44,733 nucleotides of DNA from Urbifossiella sp. (GTDB lineage: Bacteria; Planctomycetota; Planctomycetia; Gemmatales; Gemmataceae): contig JBGAQM010000002.1 in assembly GCA_044220735.1 (NCBI GenBank), positions 1 through 44,733 of the forward strand, read 5' to 3'. Shown piece by piece: positions 19,179 to 31,100 of the stretch. The notes beneath the pieces are model-generated. The model worked only from the letters and a program-made list of their open reading frames with translations, was not told the DNA's origin and ran no database searches. The position numbers and the translations under genes are program-made. Each line of letters starts with the position of its first letter. Within the stretch, counting starts at the first letter, position 1.

Positions 19179-22100
19179 ACTGATGGTCGATGCCGTCCTC
19201 ACCGCCGACGTGAGCGGCACCGCAGACGTCTTCAAGATCGGGGGCGGCAATCTGCTCGTCTCGGGGGCCAACAGCGGCTGGTCGGGGGCGCTCTCGATCA
19301 ACAACAACGCCGGGTTCAACCAGGCGAGCCTGACGGTCGGCAGCGACACCGCCCTCGGCACCGGGGTGGTGTTCCCGGTCAACACGATCCAGATCGGCGC
19401 CGACGGCGGCCCGCGGTCGATCGCCAACCGGGTGGTCACGCAAGACCTGCGCCTGTCCGGCGGCAACGACCTCACCCTTAGCGGCGCCGTTGACCTGAAC
19501 GCGGGCGCCACGTTCACCGTGTTCGCCCCTGTCAACCTGGCGTTCACCGGCGGCCTCGGCGAACTCGTAAACGGGTTCAACCTCAGTAAGTCCGGGGCCG
19601 GCACCCTCGTGATCGCCTCGCCGGCGCTGATGTCCGGTGCGCTAACGATCAACGGCGCGGGCGGGTCGGTGGTCGTGACCGGGGCGGGCACGCTGCCGAA
19701 CGTGTCGGGCGTGACCGTAAACGTTGGCGGCACACTCCTCCTCGACAACACCACGACGGCCGTCGGCGACCGCCTCCGCGACGCGGCCCAGGTCACGCTC
19801 GCCGGCGGTGCGCTGGAGTTCCGCGGCAACGCCGCCGCGCCGGTGTCCGAGGTGGTCGGCACGATCCAGGCGAACAGCAACTTCTCGTCCACGGTCACGA
19901 GCGTGTCGCAGGGCGCCGCCGCGACCCTGTCGGCCAACCTGCTGTCGCGCCAGGCGTCGAGCTTCGTGTCGTTCCGCGGGTACGGGGCGGACCTCGGCTC
20001 GGCCACGAACCGCCTCATCTTCTACACCCCGTTGACGCCACAGTTGGTCAACGGCGTGCTGCCGTTCGCCACGCTGGCGAAGGCCGGCGACCTCGACTTC
20101 GCCGGCTACGACCCGGCCCGCGGCGTGGTCGCGGCCGCGGCCCGCACCACGCTCGCCGGCGCGGCCGCGACCGACAGCGTGAAGCTGACCGCGAGCCAGA
20201 GCATCTCCGCCGCGACGGCGGTGAACGCGCTGCTGATCGTCGGCTCGAACGTCACCGTCGGCGGCACCGTGCCGCTGCTCGTCGGCTCCGGGCTGCTCGT
20301 CGGCGACGGCGCGAGCAACAAGCTGACCACGCCCGTCCTCTTCGGCGGGGCGACGGGGTTGGTCAACGTGTCCACCCTGCGGCAGCCGGGCGCCGGCCCG
20401 TCGTCGCTGGAACTCGCGGGCGCCGTGGACGGCGAGAGCGGCCTGACCAAGTTGGGCACCGGCCGGCTCACCCTGGCGGCCGCGAACACCTACGCCGGGG
20501 CCACCACGGTGGCCGAGGGCGTACTCCGTGCGTCGGACGGCGGGGCGCTCGGGGTCACGGCCGGCGGGGCCGCGTCCCAGGGCACGACCGTGCTGACCGG
20601 GGCGGCGTTGGAACTGGACGGGTCGGCCGCGAACCTGTCGGTCGGGGCGGAGGCGCTGACCCTGAGCGGCGCCGGGTTCGGGTACGGCAACCAGACCGCC
20701 ATCCTGACGAGCGGCAACACCGGGGCGCTCCGCAGCCTGGCGGGGGCGAATTCGTGGGCCGGGAGCCTGACCCTCCCGAGCCCGGGCGGCGGCCAGACCC
20801 TGGCCGTGGTCTTCGGCGCCGACGCCGGGTCGCTGACTCTTACGGGGACTCTCACCGGCGGGGGCACCGGCGACGTAAACAGCCGGCTCAACATCAACAA
20901 GGTCGGCGGCGGGACGGTCGTCCTCGCCGGGGCCACCGCCGCGACGACCGTCGGCGCCGGGACCCAGGGGCAGATCAACACGACCGTGTTCGAGGGCACG
21001 CTCGCGCTGAACAAGAGTCCCGGCGTCAACGCCCTGCCGAACCAGGTCCAGAACAACATCCAGGTCGGTGACAACGTCGGCCCGGCCGGGGCGGACGTCC
21101 TCCGCCTGCTCGCGTCCGACCAGATCGCCGACACCAACCACCTGATCACCGTCCAGGGCTCCGGCCTGCTCGACCTGAACGGCAACAGCGAGCGGATCGA
21201 TACCACCCTGAACCTCGTCAGCGGCCTCACCGCGTCGGCGGCCGTCACCACCGGCGCCGGCACACTCGTCATCAACACCGCGAACAACATCACGGTCACT
21301 GCCCAGGCGAACACGTTCGGCAACCTCACCCCCGTCGTCGTGTCCGGCACCCTCGCGCTGAACGTCGGCGGCGGGGCGGCCGCGACCCGCACCGTCACCA
21401 CGAACGACACCATCGGCGAGGTGGACCTACGCCTCGCGGCGCGGCTCACCGACGGCGACGGCAACGCGAACCTTCAGAACATCACCACCGCGGGGAACGG
21501 GCGGCTCGAACTGACGAACGGCGCGAACGACTTCTCCGGCGTGTTTACCGTCGCCGCCGGCCGCACCCGGGTGAGCGCGGCGGGTGCCCTCGGCGCCAGC
21601 GGCGCCGGCGCCGGCACGACCGTGAACGCGAACCTCAGCCTGGAACTGAACGGCGTCACGGTGGTGGACGAGGTGCTGTCGCTGAACGGCAGCGGGTTCG
21701 GCGGCCGCGGCGCCCTCGTCGGCGTCCCGGGAACCACGAGCGTGTGGCAGCAGAGTACGTTCGTCGGCAACCTCATCACCCTCGCGGGTGCCGCGACGAT
21801 CGGCGTGGACACGGCCGCGACCGTGGACCTGTCGGCGTCGGTGAGCATCGGCTCGACGATCACGAAGTTGCTCCCCGGCACGCTGCGGCTGTCGGGCGGC
21901 ACGCTGGCGAACTCGGGAGCCGGCGGGCTGATCATCGCCGAGGGCACGGTTCGGCTGGCGAAAAACGCCGGGGTCGACGCGTTCGGCACAGGCACCCTCG
22001 ACGTCAGCGCGAACAACGACTTCGGCGGCCAGGACGCCGACGTGCTGATCCAGGAGGCGAGCGAGCAGATCAACGCGGCCGCGAACGTGCGGGTGTCCGC

Positions 22101-25100
22101 GTCCGGGTTGTGGGACCTCGGCGGGTTCACCGAGAGCCTCGGCAACGGCAGCACCGGCACGGTGCTGACCCTGTTCACCGGGCTGGCGCACCGGGCGCAC
22201 GTCAAGAACGGCACCCTCACGCTCGCCGGCGGCACGGTCTCGACCAGCAACATCACCGTCAGCACCGCGACCGGCGGGCTCGGCGCCAACATGCTGAGTA
22301 ACTCCCTGGGCGTGTGGTTCGACAGCGACCTGGCGGTGAACCTCGGCGGGTCGCGGCGCGACTTCATCACCAACCCGGCCGGATTCTCGCAGAACGTCCT
22401 GCAGGTGGACGGCGTGGTCACGAACGGCCAGATCAACAAGACGAACGTCGGCGGCACCCTGCTGCTGACGAACGCGGGGAACAACTTCGGCGCGAACGAA
22501 GCGCAAACCCTCACCGCCCCGGGGGCGGCGTTCACGCTGACCTTCCGCGGGGCGACGACCGTGAGCCTCGCCGCCGCCGCCGCCGCGTCCGGCGGCGCCG
22601 GGTCGGTGCAGACGGAGTTGGAAAACCTCTCGACGATCGGGGCCGGAAACGTCGTGGTCACCGGGGCCGCCGGCGGCCCGTACACGATCACGTTCCAGGG
22701 GGCACTGGCGAACCGCGACCTGCCGCTCCTGACGGCGAGCGTCGGCACCATCGCCGAGTTGCAGATCGGCGGGGCGATCCTGCTCCAGGGCGGCGTCGTG
22801 GCCGTCGGCAACAGCGGCGCCCTCGGGGGCGGGCTGAGCGCCGCACGCAACAGCGCCGGCAGCCTCCGCGCCGACGGCGGCGCGGTCACGATCAGCCGCC
22901 CGGTCGATCTCGTCTCCGGAACCAGTGGCGCGTTCGCGTTCACGATCCTCGGCGACGCCCCGCTCACGTTCGCCGGCCCGGTCTCGCTCGGCAACAACGA
23001 CGCGACGATCACGGTGAACACGCCGCAGGCCGTAACCTTCGCCGGCTCCCCGGCCCTCAACGTCGGCGTCCGGACGGTCACGATCAACACGATCGCCGGC
23101 AACACGACGACCCTCGCCGGCGCCCTCGTGGACACCGCCGGCCCCGCCGCCGGGGCGCTCACCAAGAGCGGGCTCGGCACGCTGGTGCTGGCCGCGGCGA
23201 ACGCCTACGACGGGACGACGACGGTCAGTGCCGGCGTGCTCCGGGCCGCGAACTCGGCGGCGCTCGGGACCACGACCAACGCCGTGCAGACGTTCGGCGT
23301 TACGAGCACCGGCGGCGGGTCGTTCACCCTCACGTTCAACAACCAGGTGACGCCGGCCCTCGCGTACAGCGCGACCACCCCGCCGACGGCCGCGGCCGTC
23401 GAGGCGGCGCTGAACGCGCTGCCGCTGGTCGCCGCGGTCGGCGGCGGCATTTCCGTCACGTCGTCGACGCCGGCCGGCCCGACGACGACGTACACGGTCA
23501 CATTCGGCGGCGCCCTCGCCGGCTTCGCCCAGGGGCTCATGACGGTCACCGTCACCACGCCTGTCTCCATCAGCACCGCAGCCGCGATCACAACGGCCGG
23601 GGGCGGCGGCACCACGGTCTCGTCCGGCGCGGCGCTCGAGGTGGCCGGGAGCGGCAACACCTTCGCCGAGTCGCTGACCCTGAACGGCATCGGCCTCGGT
23701 GGGGCGCCCACCGGCGCGCTCCGCCTCTTCGACGCGACTCCCAACTCCGCCGAAGCCGTGACCTGGACCGGCAGTATTGCCCTCGCGGCGGCGACAGCGG
23801 TCGGCGTGACGGCCGGCGGCGCCAACGGCGACACCCTCACCCTCGGCGGCACCGGAACCATCACCGGGGCGAACTCGCTGACCAAGTTCGGCGAGGGGAC
23901 GGTCGTGCTCGGCGGGACCAGCAACAACACCTACACCGGCGGCACGGTCGTGGCCCAGGGCACGCTCGTGCTGAACAAGCAGGACACGGCCGGCCGGCCG
24001 TTCCAGCCGAACGCCACCGGCACCGGAGCCGTCACCGTCGGCGACGAGGGCGGGCTCGACGTGATGGTGTACGGCGGCACCGCGGGCGTGGACCAGCTGT
24101 ACGGCCTGGGCAGCGTCACCGTCACCACGTCGGGGGTGTTCGACCTGAACGGGAAGTCCGACTTCATCGGCGGGCTCGTTCTGGAGACGGGCCGGCTGAC
24201 CAGCGCCGTCGTTCAGACGGGGGCGGGGGCGCTCGTCCTGTCCGCCGACGTGGTGGTCAACCCGTTCGGCCCGTCCGCGTTCGCCGGTACGCCCGCGACG
24301 ATTTCCGGCACCCTCACCCTGGCCGGCGCGGTGAACGCCAACCAGGTGGGGACGAGTAACACGGCGCCGCAGTTCACCGTGAACACCGGCGCCGTGTTGA
24401 CCGTGACCGCGGCGGTGGGCCAGCTCCAGCCGGTCGGCGGGTTCGTCCCCGGGCTCCAGGAGTCGCGCATCCCCCGCGGCACGTTCCCGAACGCGGCGGC
24501 CCCCCTCACCCCGACCGCCAACCAGCTCTACCCGCGGCTCGGCGAGGTCTTCAACGGCGCCACCCCCGGAAACCCGTGGGGGACGAACGAGATCTGGGTC
24601 TACACCGGGCAGTTCTTCGACGCCGACGGCGTCGTGTCGTTCGGGTCGAACATCGACGACGACGCCTACATCAGCATCGACGGCGTCGTGGTGTACGGGC
24701 CGTTCAGCGACAACACCTCTCACGCCTCGGGCCTCCTCACCCTCGGGGCCGGCGTGGGCGGCGGCTGGCACACGATCGACATCCGGGTCGGGAACGGGAG
24801 CGGCGGGGCGGGGGCGAACAACGCCAACGGGTGGACGAACGCGTTCGGCTTCGGCATCGCCCCGAACGGCACGACCTCGACCGCCGGCACCAGCTACGCC
24901 ATGCCGGTCGATAACGGGTCGATGAACCTGTTCCGCAGCGCGTCCGCCGCGGTCCCGTACGCGCTCGCGAAGTCCGGCGGTGGCGTGCTCAACCTCACCG
25001 CCGCCAACACCTACACCGGCGGCACCACGGTCAGCGCCGGCACGCTGACGTTCGCCGGCGCCGGCTCCGCGGCCGCGACATCGGCCGTGTCCGTCGCCGC

Positions 25101-28100
25101 CGGCGGCGTGCTGGTGCTCGACAACACTGCTACGAACAACAACAACCGCATCGCCGACGCGGCCGCGGTCACGCTCGGCGGCACGCTGTTGTTCAAGGGG
25201 AACGCGACGACCGCCTCGACCGAGACGCTCGGCGCCCTGGCGCTGACGGCCGGCACCGCGTCCACCGTCCGCTCGGAGTACGGCGGCGTTCCCGGGCAGG
25301 CGCTCACGTTCACCGCGTCGTCCGGGGCGGTCCTTACCCGCAACCCCGGGGCGACACTGAACCTGTCGACGGACAACGACTTCGTACTCGGGGTGAACGA
25401 AGTCCGGTTCGTGGCCACCGGCACGGCGACTCTGCCCGGCCTGACCGGCGGCGTGCTCCCGTGGCTCACCGTGACAACGTTCTCGGCCCCGGCCGCCGGC
25501 GCGGGGGCGGAGGCGATCGACCTCGGAACCGACCTCGACCCCGGGGCGCTGACTCTGAGCCTGGGGCGGCTCCTGGCGTACGACGCCAGCAACGTCAAGG
25601 TGACCAGCGGGAACACCGGGCTCACCCTCGGCAGCACGATCAACGCGCTGCTGCTGGCCGGCTCCGGCCTCACGGCCAACGTTTCCGGGACCACGACCGT
25701 CACCAGCGGGCAGGTGGTGAACGTCGGGGGGTCGAACAGCATCGCCGGCGGGACGCTGGCGTTCGCCGGGGCCGAACCGCTGTTCTTCACGTTCGGCGCC
25801 AACGCGGCCCAGACGATCGACGTGACCGGCGTGACGGCGCCGGTGTTCACCCTGACGCTGCCGGTGAACGCCCCCGGCACCACGTCGCCGACGCAGGGGC
25901 CGACGCAGGTGGCGCCGTCGGCGGTGCAGACGACCGGCCCGCTCAACCCCGCCACGCTCACCGCCGCCGCGCTGCGGCAGGCGCTCGAAGCGCTGCCGGC
26001 CGTCGGCCCCGGGAACGTCTCGGTCGCGCAGTCGGGGACGGTATTCACGGTCACGTTCGTCGGCGCCCTGGCCGGGGGCGCAATCCCGAAGTTGGTGGCG
26101 AACGTGACCGGCGCCGGGGTGGTGCCGCTCGTCGCCGTGTCGGCCGCCGGCGGCGGCGTGCTCGCCGTCGGGTCGTCGGTCACCGGGACGACGGCCGGTC
26201 GCAAGCTCCGCAAGGGCGGGCTGCGGCTGAGCGGTGACAACCAGGCCGGCGGCGGGTACACCGGGGTGCTGACCGTGGAAGAGGGCGAACTGATCGCCGG
26301 GCACGTCAACGCCCTGGGGGCGGTCGCCGCGGGCACCACGGTCGCTCTGGGGGCGGCGCTCACCTATGACCTCGCCGGCACGGTGACGGCCGCGGCCGAG
26401 CCGCTGACGCTCAGCGGCACCGGCTACCTGAACAACGACTCCGGCGCCCTCCGGGTGGTCGGCGGCGGCACCGTCACGCAGGCGGCGGCGGTCACGCACG
26501 TCGGGGCGAACCTGGTCGTGTCTGTGGACGCGGCGTCCACCCTGATCCTCACCGGGTCGCTGACCAACGCCAACCAGAACTTCATCAAGGCCGGGGCCGG
26601 CACGCTCGAGTTCGGCGGTACCGGTAAGGCCGGCGGGGGCAACGGCGTGTTCGTCAACGCCGGCACCCTGCGGCTGAACATGACCGGCACCAACACGATG
26701 AACAGCCACCTGTTCGTCGGCAGCAACGACGGCGGGCCGGCCGCGGCGCAGGTCGTTTACGCCACGACCGCCGGGACCGACCAGATCGTCGCCGGGGCGA
26801 ACGTCACGATTTACCGGTCCGGGCGGATCGACTTCAACGGCATCACGGACACGTTCACCTCGCTGACGATCCTGGAGGGGAGTGCGGTCAACTCGCGGTC
26901 CGTCGCCAACACCATCACCTCGACCAGCGGCCTGACCATGACCGGTGGGTCGGTGGACATGGGCACCGGCACCCTGACGCTGGGGGGGAACGTGACGGTG
27001 AACGCGGGCGGCGGCCCGGCGACGATCGCCGGCACGCTCGCCCTCGGCGCCGCGGCCCGCACGTTCACGGTCAACGACTCGGCGGCCCGCGACGATCTGG
27101 TGGTCTCGGCAAACATCACCAGCGGTGTCGCAGGCGCGCTCGTGAAGGCCGGCGGCGGCACGCTCGTGCTGACCGGCTCGAACGCCGTCCTCGGCACGAA
27201 CGAGGTGCAGACGCTGACGTTCAACAACGCCCCGCTCGGCGGGGCGTTCATCCTCGCCTTCGGCGGGGCGGTGACGGCGCCGATCGTCTTCGACCCGGCG
27301 AGCCAGGCGAACAACGTCGCGGCGATCCAGGCCGCGCTCCAGGCGCTCCCCACGGTCGGGGCCGGGAACCTCACGGTCACGTCGTCGAGCATCACGGCGT
27401 ACACCGTCACGTTCGGCGGCGCCCTCGCCGGGGCCGACGTCCCGGCGATCATCGTGGCCCTCGACCAGGCGCTCGGCAGCGCGGCCGCCCCGCAGCCGAC
27501 GATCACGGTTGCGACGCCGACCGGCGGTGTGAGCGGCTACCAACTCGGCGGCGGCGTGTTGGCCGTCGGGAGCGCGAACGCCCTCAACACCGCGCTGGCC
27601 CGCACCGGCCTTCAGATCACCGGCACCAGCGAGTTGTGGGCCTACGGCGCCGACCGCACGCTGTTCAACTCGCTCCAGGTCGGCGCCAGCTTCACCCTCG
27701 GCGCCCGCCGCGACGTGGTCGGCTCCGGCGACACGGCGCTCCTGGCCGGCCCCGGCACCAACGACCCGTTCAACCTCACGTTCGACGCCACCACGCGCGG
27801 CACCATCAACACCCTCACGCCGACGCTGACGGTAAACGACCCCAACGCCGGCGTGTCGATCCTCGGCAACCTCGGCGAGAACACGACCACGCTGGCCGCC
27901 GCGGGCAACCAGATCATCAAGGCCGGGTTCGGCCAGCTCACGCTCGGCGGCAACAACGCCTTCACCGGGTTGACGTCGGTGAACGTCGGCACCCTGCGGG
28001 CCACCTCGAACAACGCGCTCGGGGCGCCGCGGACGGCCACCCAGCGGGTGACGCTGGCGGCCGTCGGCACGTTCGGCCTCACGGTCACGGCGCCGGCGGC

Positions 28101-31100
28101 GTTCGGCGGTCAGATCCTGGCCACCGGGGTGGTGTTCACCGACACCACCACCGCCGCCGCGATGCAGGCCGCGCTCAACGCCCTGCCGTCGGTTGGGGGC
28201 GTCGGCGGGTCGGTCACCGTCACCCGCGTGGTGAACCCGGGCGTCCCGGGGACCGTGTACTGGTTCATCGAGTTCGGCGGCACGTTCGCCGGGTTCGACG
28301 TCACGGTCGCCGTGAACGCCGGGACCGCGACCCCCACCGTGGCGACTGCGTTGGCCGGCAACATCGTCGGCGCAGCCGTCGGCACGTCCGTCGCGACCGG
28401 GGCCGCGCTCGTCCTCGACGGCAGCCTCTCGATCGGCAACGAGTCTCTGTCGCTGACTTCCGGCTCGGGCGCCGGTTCCGGGTACGTCGGCGACACCGGC
28501 CTGGCCACGAAGGGCGGCGGGTCGCTGGTGGGGGTCAACGGCACGAGCACCTGGGGCACCGGCGAGACGCCGATCACCCTGGCCGGGAACACCGTGACCG
28601 TCGGCGACGGGCTGGTGTTGAACGCGAGCGTTTCGGGCACCGTCGGGCTGAACAAGGTCGGGGCGGGCACGCTCGTGCTCGGCGGCGCCGCGCCGAACAC
28701 GTACTCGGGCACCACGTTCGTCAATGACGGCACCCTGGCGCTGGCGAAGGCGGCGGGGATGCCGGCGGTCCTCGGGGCGATCAACGTCGGCGACGACATG
28801 GGGACCGGGCCGGACGTGCTCGAACTGCGGGCGTCCGAGCAGTTCCTCTACGGCGGGGCGACGAGCATTCCGGTGAACGTCCCGAGCGTTCAGGCGTCCG
28901 GCGCGATCCGCACCACGGCCGCGATGTCGGCGAGCGTCACGCAGGAAGTGCAGGCGATCGTGTTCGCCGGCACGACCGCCGGGAACACCTACACCATCAA
29001 CGCCGGCGGCCCGATCGCGACTGCGGTCACCGGAGCGCTGGTCAACGACACGGCCGCGCAACTCCAGGCCCGGCTGACCGCACCCGGCGTCCTCGCGGCC
29101 GGCGTTACCGGCGTCCGCGTGTTGCAGTTCGGCACGAGCCCGAACGTCACGAACGTCCTGATCTTCACCACGACCACGAACCAGGGTGCGATCTCGGCCA
29201 CCGCCCCGACCACGGGCACGACCACCGTCACCACGCTGGTGAACGCCGGGCTGCTCGGCCGGCAGACGGTCGCCGGGCTGACGATGCAGATCGGCTACGA
29301 CCCGACCAGCCCGAACACCGGAACCGCCGCCCGTGTCGTCCTCGACGCCGGCTCGACGCTCCACCTCGCCGGCAACGTGACGACCACCGCCGAGCCCGGT
29401 GCGAGCGGTTTCGGCGCGACCCCCGAGATCACCGGCGGCACGCTGGCGCTCCTCCCCGAGGCCGCGACCGCGGGGACGGCCCGCACCTTCACCCTGGTCG
29501 ACGCCGCGCTCGCGACCGACTTCACGCTCTCGTCGGCGGTCGTGGACGGGGCCGCGTTCCTCGGCGGCCTCACGAAGGCGAACGCGACCGGGGCGACGGC
29601 CAGCCGCCTCGTGCTGTCCGGGGCGAACACGTACACCGGCGTCACGAACCTGACCAGCGGGTTCCTCCAGGCCGTCGGCGGGTCCGCGCTCGGGGCGTCG
29701 AACGCGACGCAGGCGGCCGGCACGACCGTTCAGCCGACCGGCGTGCTGGAACTGAGCGGCACGACCATCGCCGGCGAGCACCTGCAACTGTTCATTACGA
29801 ACGGTGGGTTCGGCATGCAGCCCGGTCTGTACGACGCCCCGGGGCAGTTCGCCGTCGCCCAGCCGTCGGGCGTGAACAACATGTACGGCACCGGCGTCCT
29901 CCGCGCCGTCGGCGCGGCGACGAGTACCTGGGCCGGGAACGTCGAGTTGCGCAGCCAGGACACGGGCAACCGGTTCCTCGCCGTCGGCGCCGACGCCGGC
30001 AGCACGCTGGTGATCGACGGCGTGGTGTACGGGGCGAACAGCAGCAACACGGTGCAGGGGAACGGCCTGGTCAAGGTCGGCACCGGCACCCTGGAGGTGC
30101 GCGGGGCCAACACGACGACGGTGACGGGCTTCGGCTCGAACCCGGCGACGACGTACACCGGCAACACCGTCGTGACCGCCGGCACGCTCGTGCTCAACAA
30201 GCCGGGGACGGCCATCGCCGGCACGCTGATCGTCGGCGACGGCCGCGGCGGCAACGACGCCGACGTGGTCCGCTACGGCCCGCTCGCGGGCACGGACGAG
30301 ATCGGCGCCGTGACGGTGACGGTACTCGGGTCGGGCAAGCTCGACCTGTCGCAGGCGAAGGCCCAGGGGAACGAGACGCACCTGCTGACGTTCCACCCGT
30401 CGACCGCCGGCGGCACGTTCAACCTGACCTACCTCGGCCAGCCGGTCGGCGGCGCGGCGATCACGTTCAGCACGGTCGCGGCGACGACCGTGACCAGCCT
30501 CACGAACGCGCTGGCCGTCGCGTTCGGCGCCGGCAACTTCACCGTCGCCAACGCCGGCGACGCCTACCACTACGCGATCCAGCTCACCGGCCAGTTCGCC
30601 GGCGTGAACGTGTCCGACTTCGGCGCCGCGAACGTGGCGCTGACCGGGCCGAGTCCGAGCGTGGCCGCCACGAAGCTGCGCGACGGGGCCGGCAACGAGT
30701 CGCAGACCGTCACCCTCGGCGGCACCACGGGCGGCACCGTGACCGTGTCGTTCAACGGCGTCGCCGGGTCGGCCGGGACCATCCTGACGTACACCCCCGC
30801 CACGTCGCCGACCGCCGCGCAGGTCCTCGCGCACCTCAACACGATCCCGGCGCTGGCCGGGAACGTCGCCGTCGCCGGCAACCCGGGCGGCCCGTTCAGC
30901 GTCGTGTACCGCAACGGCCTCGGCAGCGTGGACGTCGGTGACACCGTGCTGACGTTCGCCACGACGGGCGGCACCACGGCGGTGGTGGCGACCGACGGCC
31001 AGGGCGGCAACGCGACCCCCGGCACGCTCGGGAACGAGGTGCAGCTCCTGACGCTCGGCGGCTCCGTCACCGGCGGCGGGTTCCTGCTCAACCACGCCGG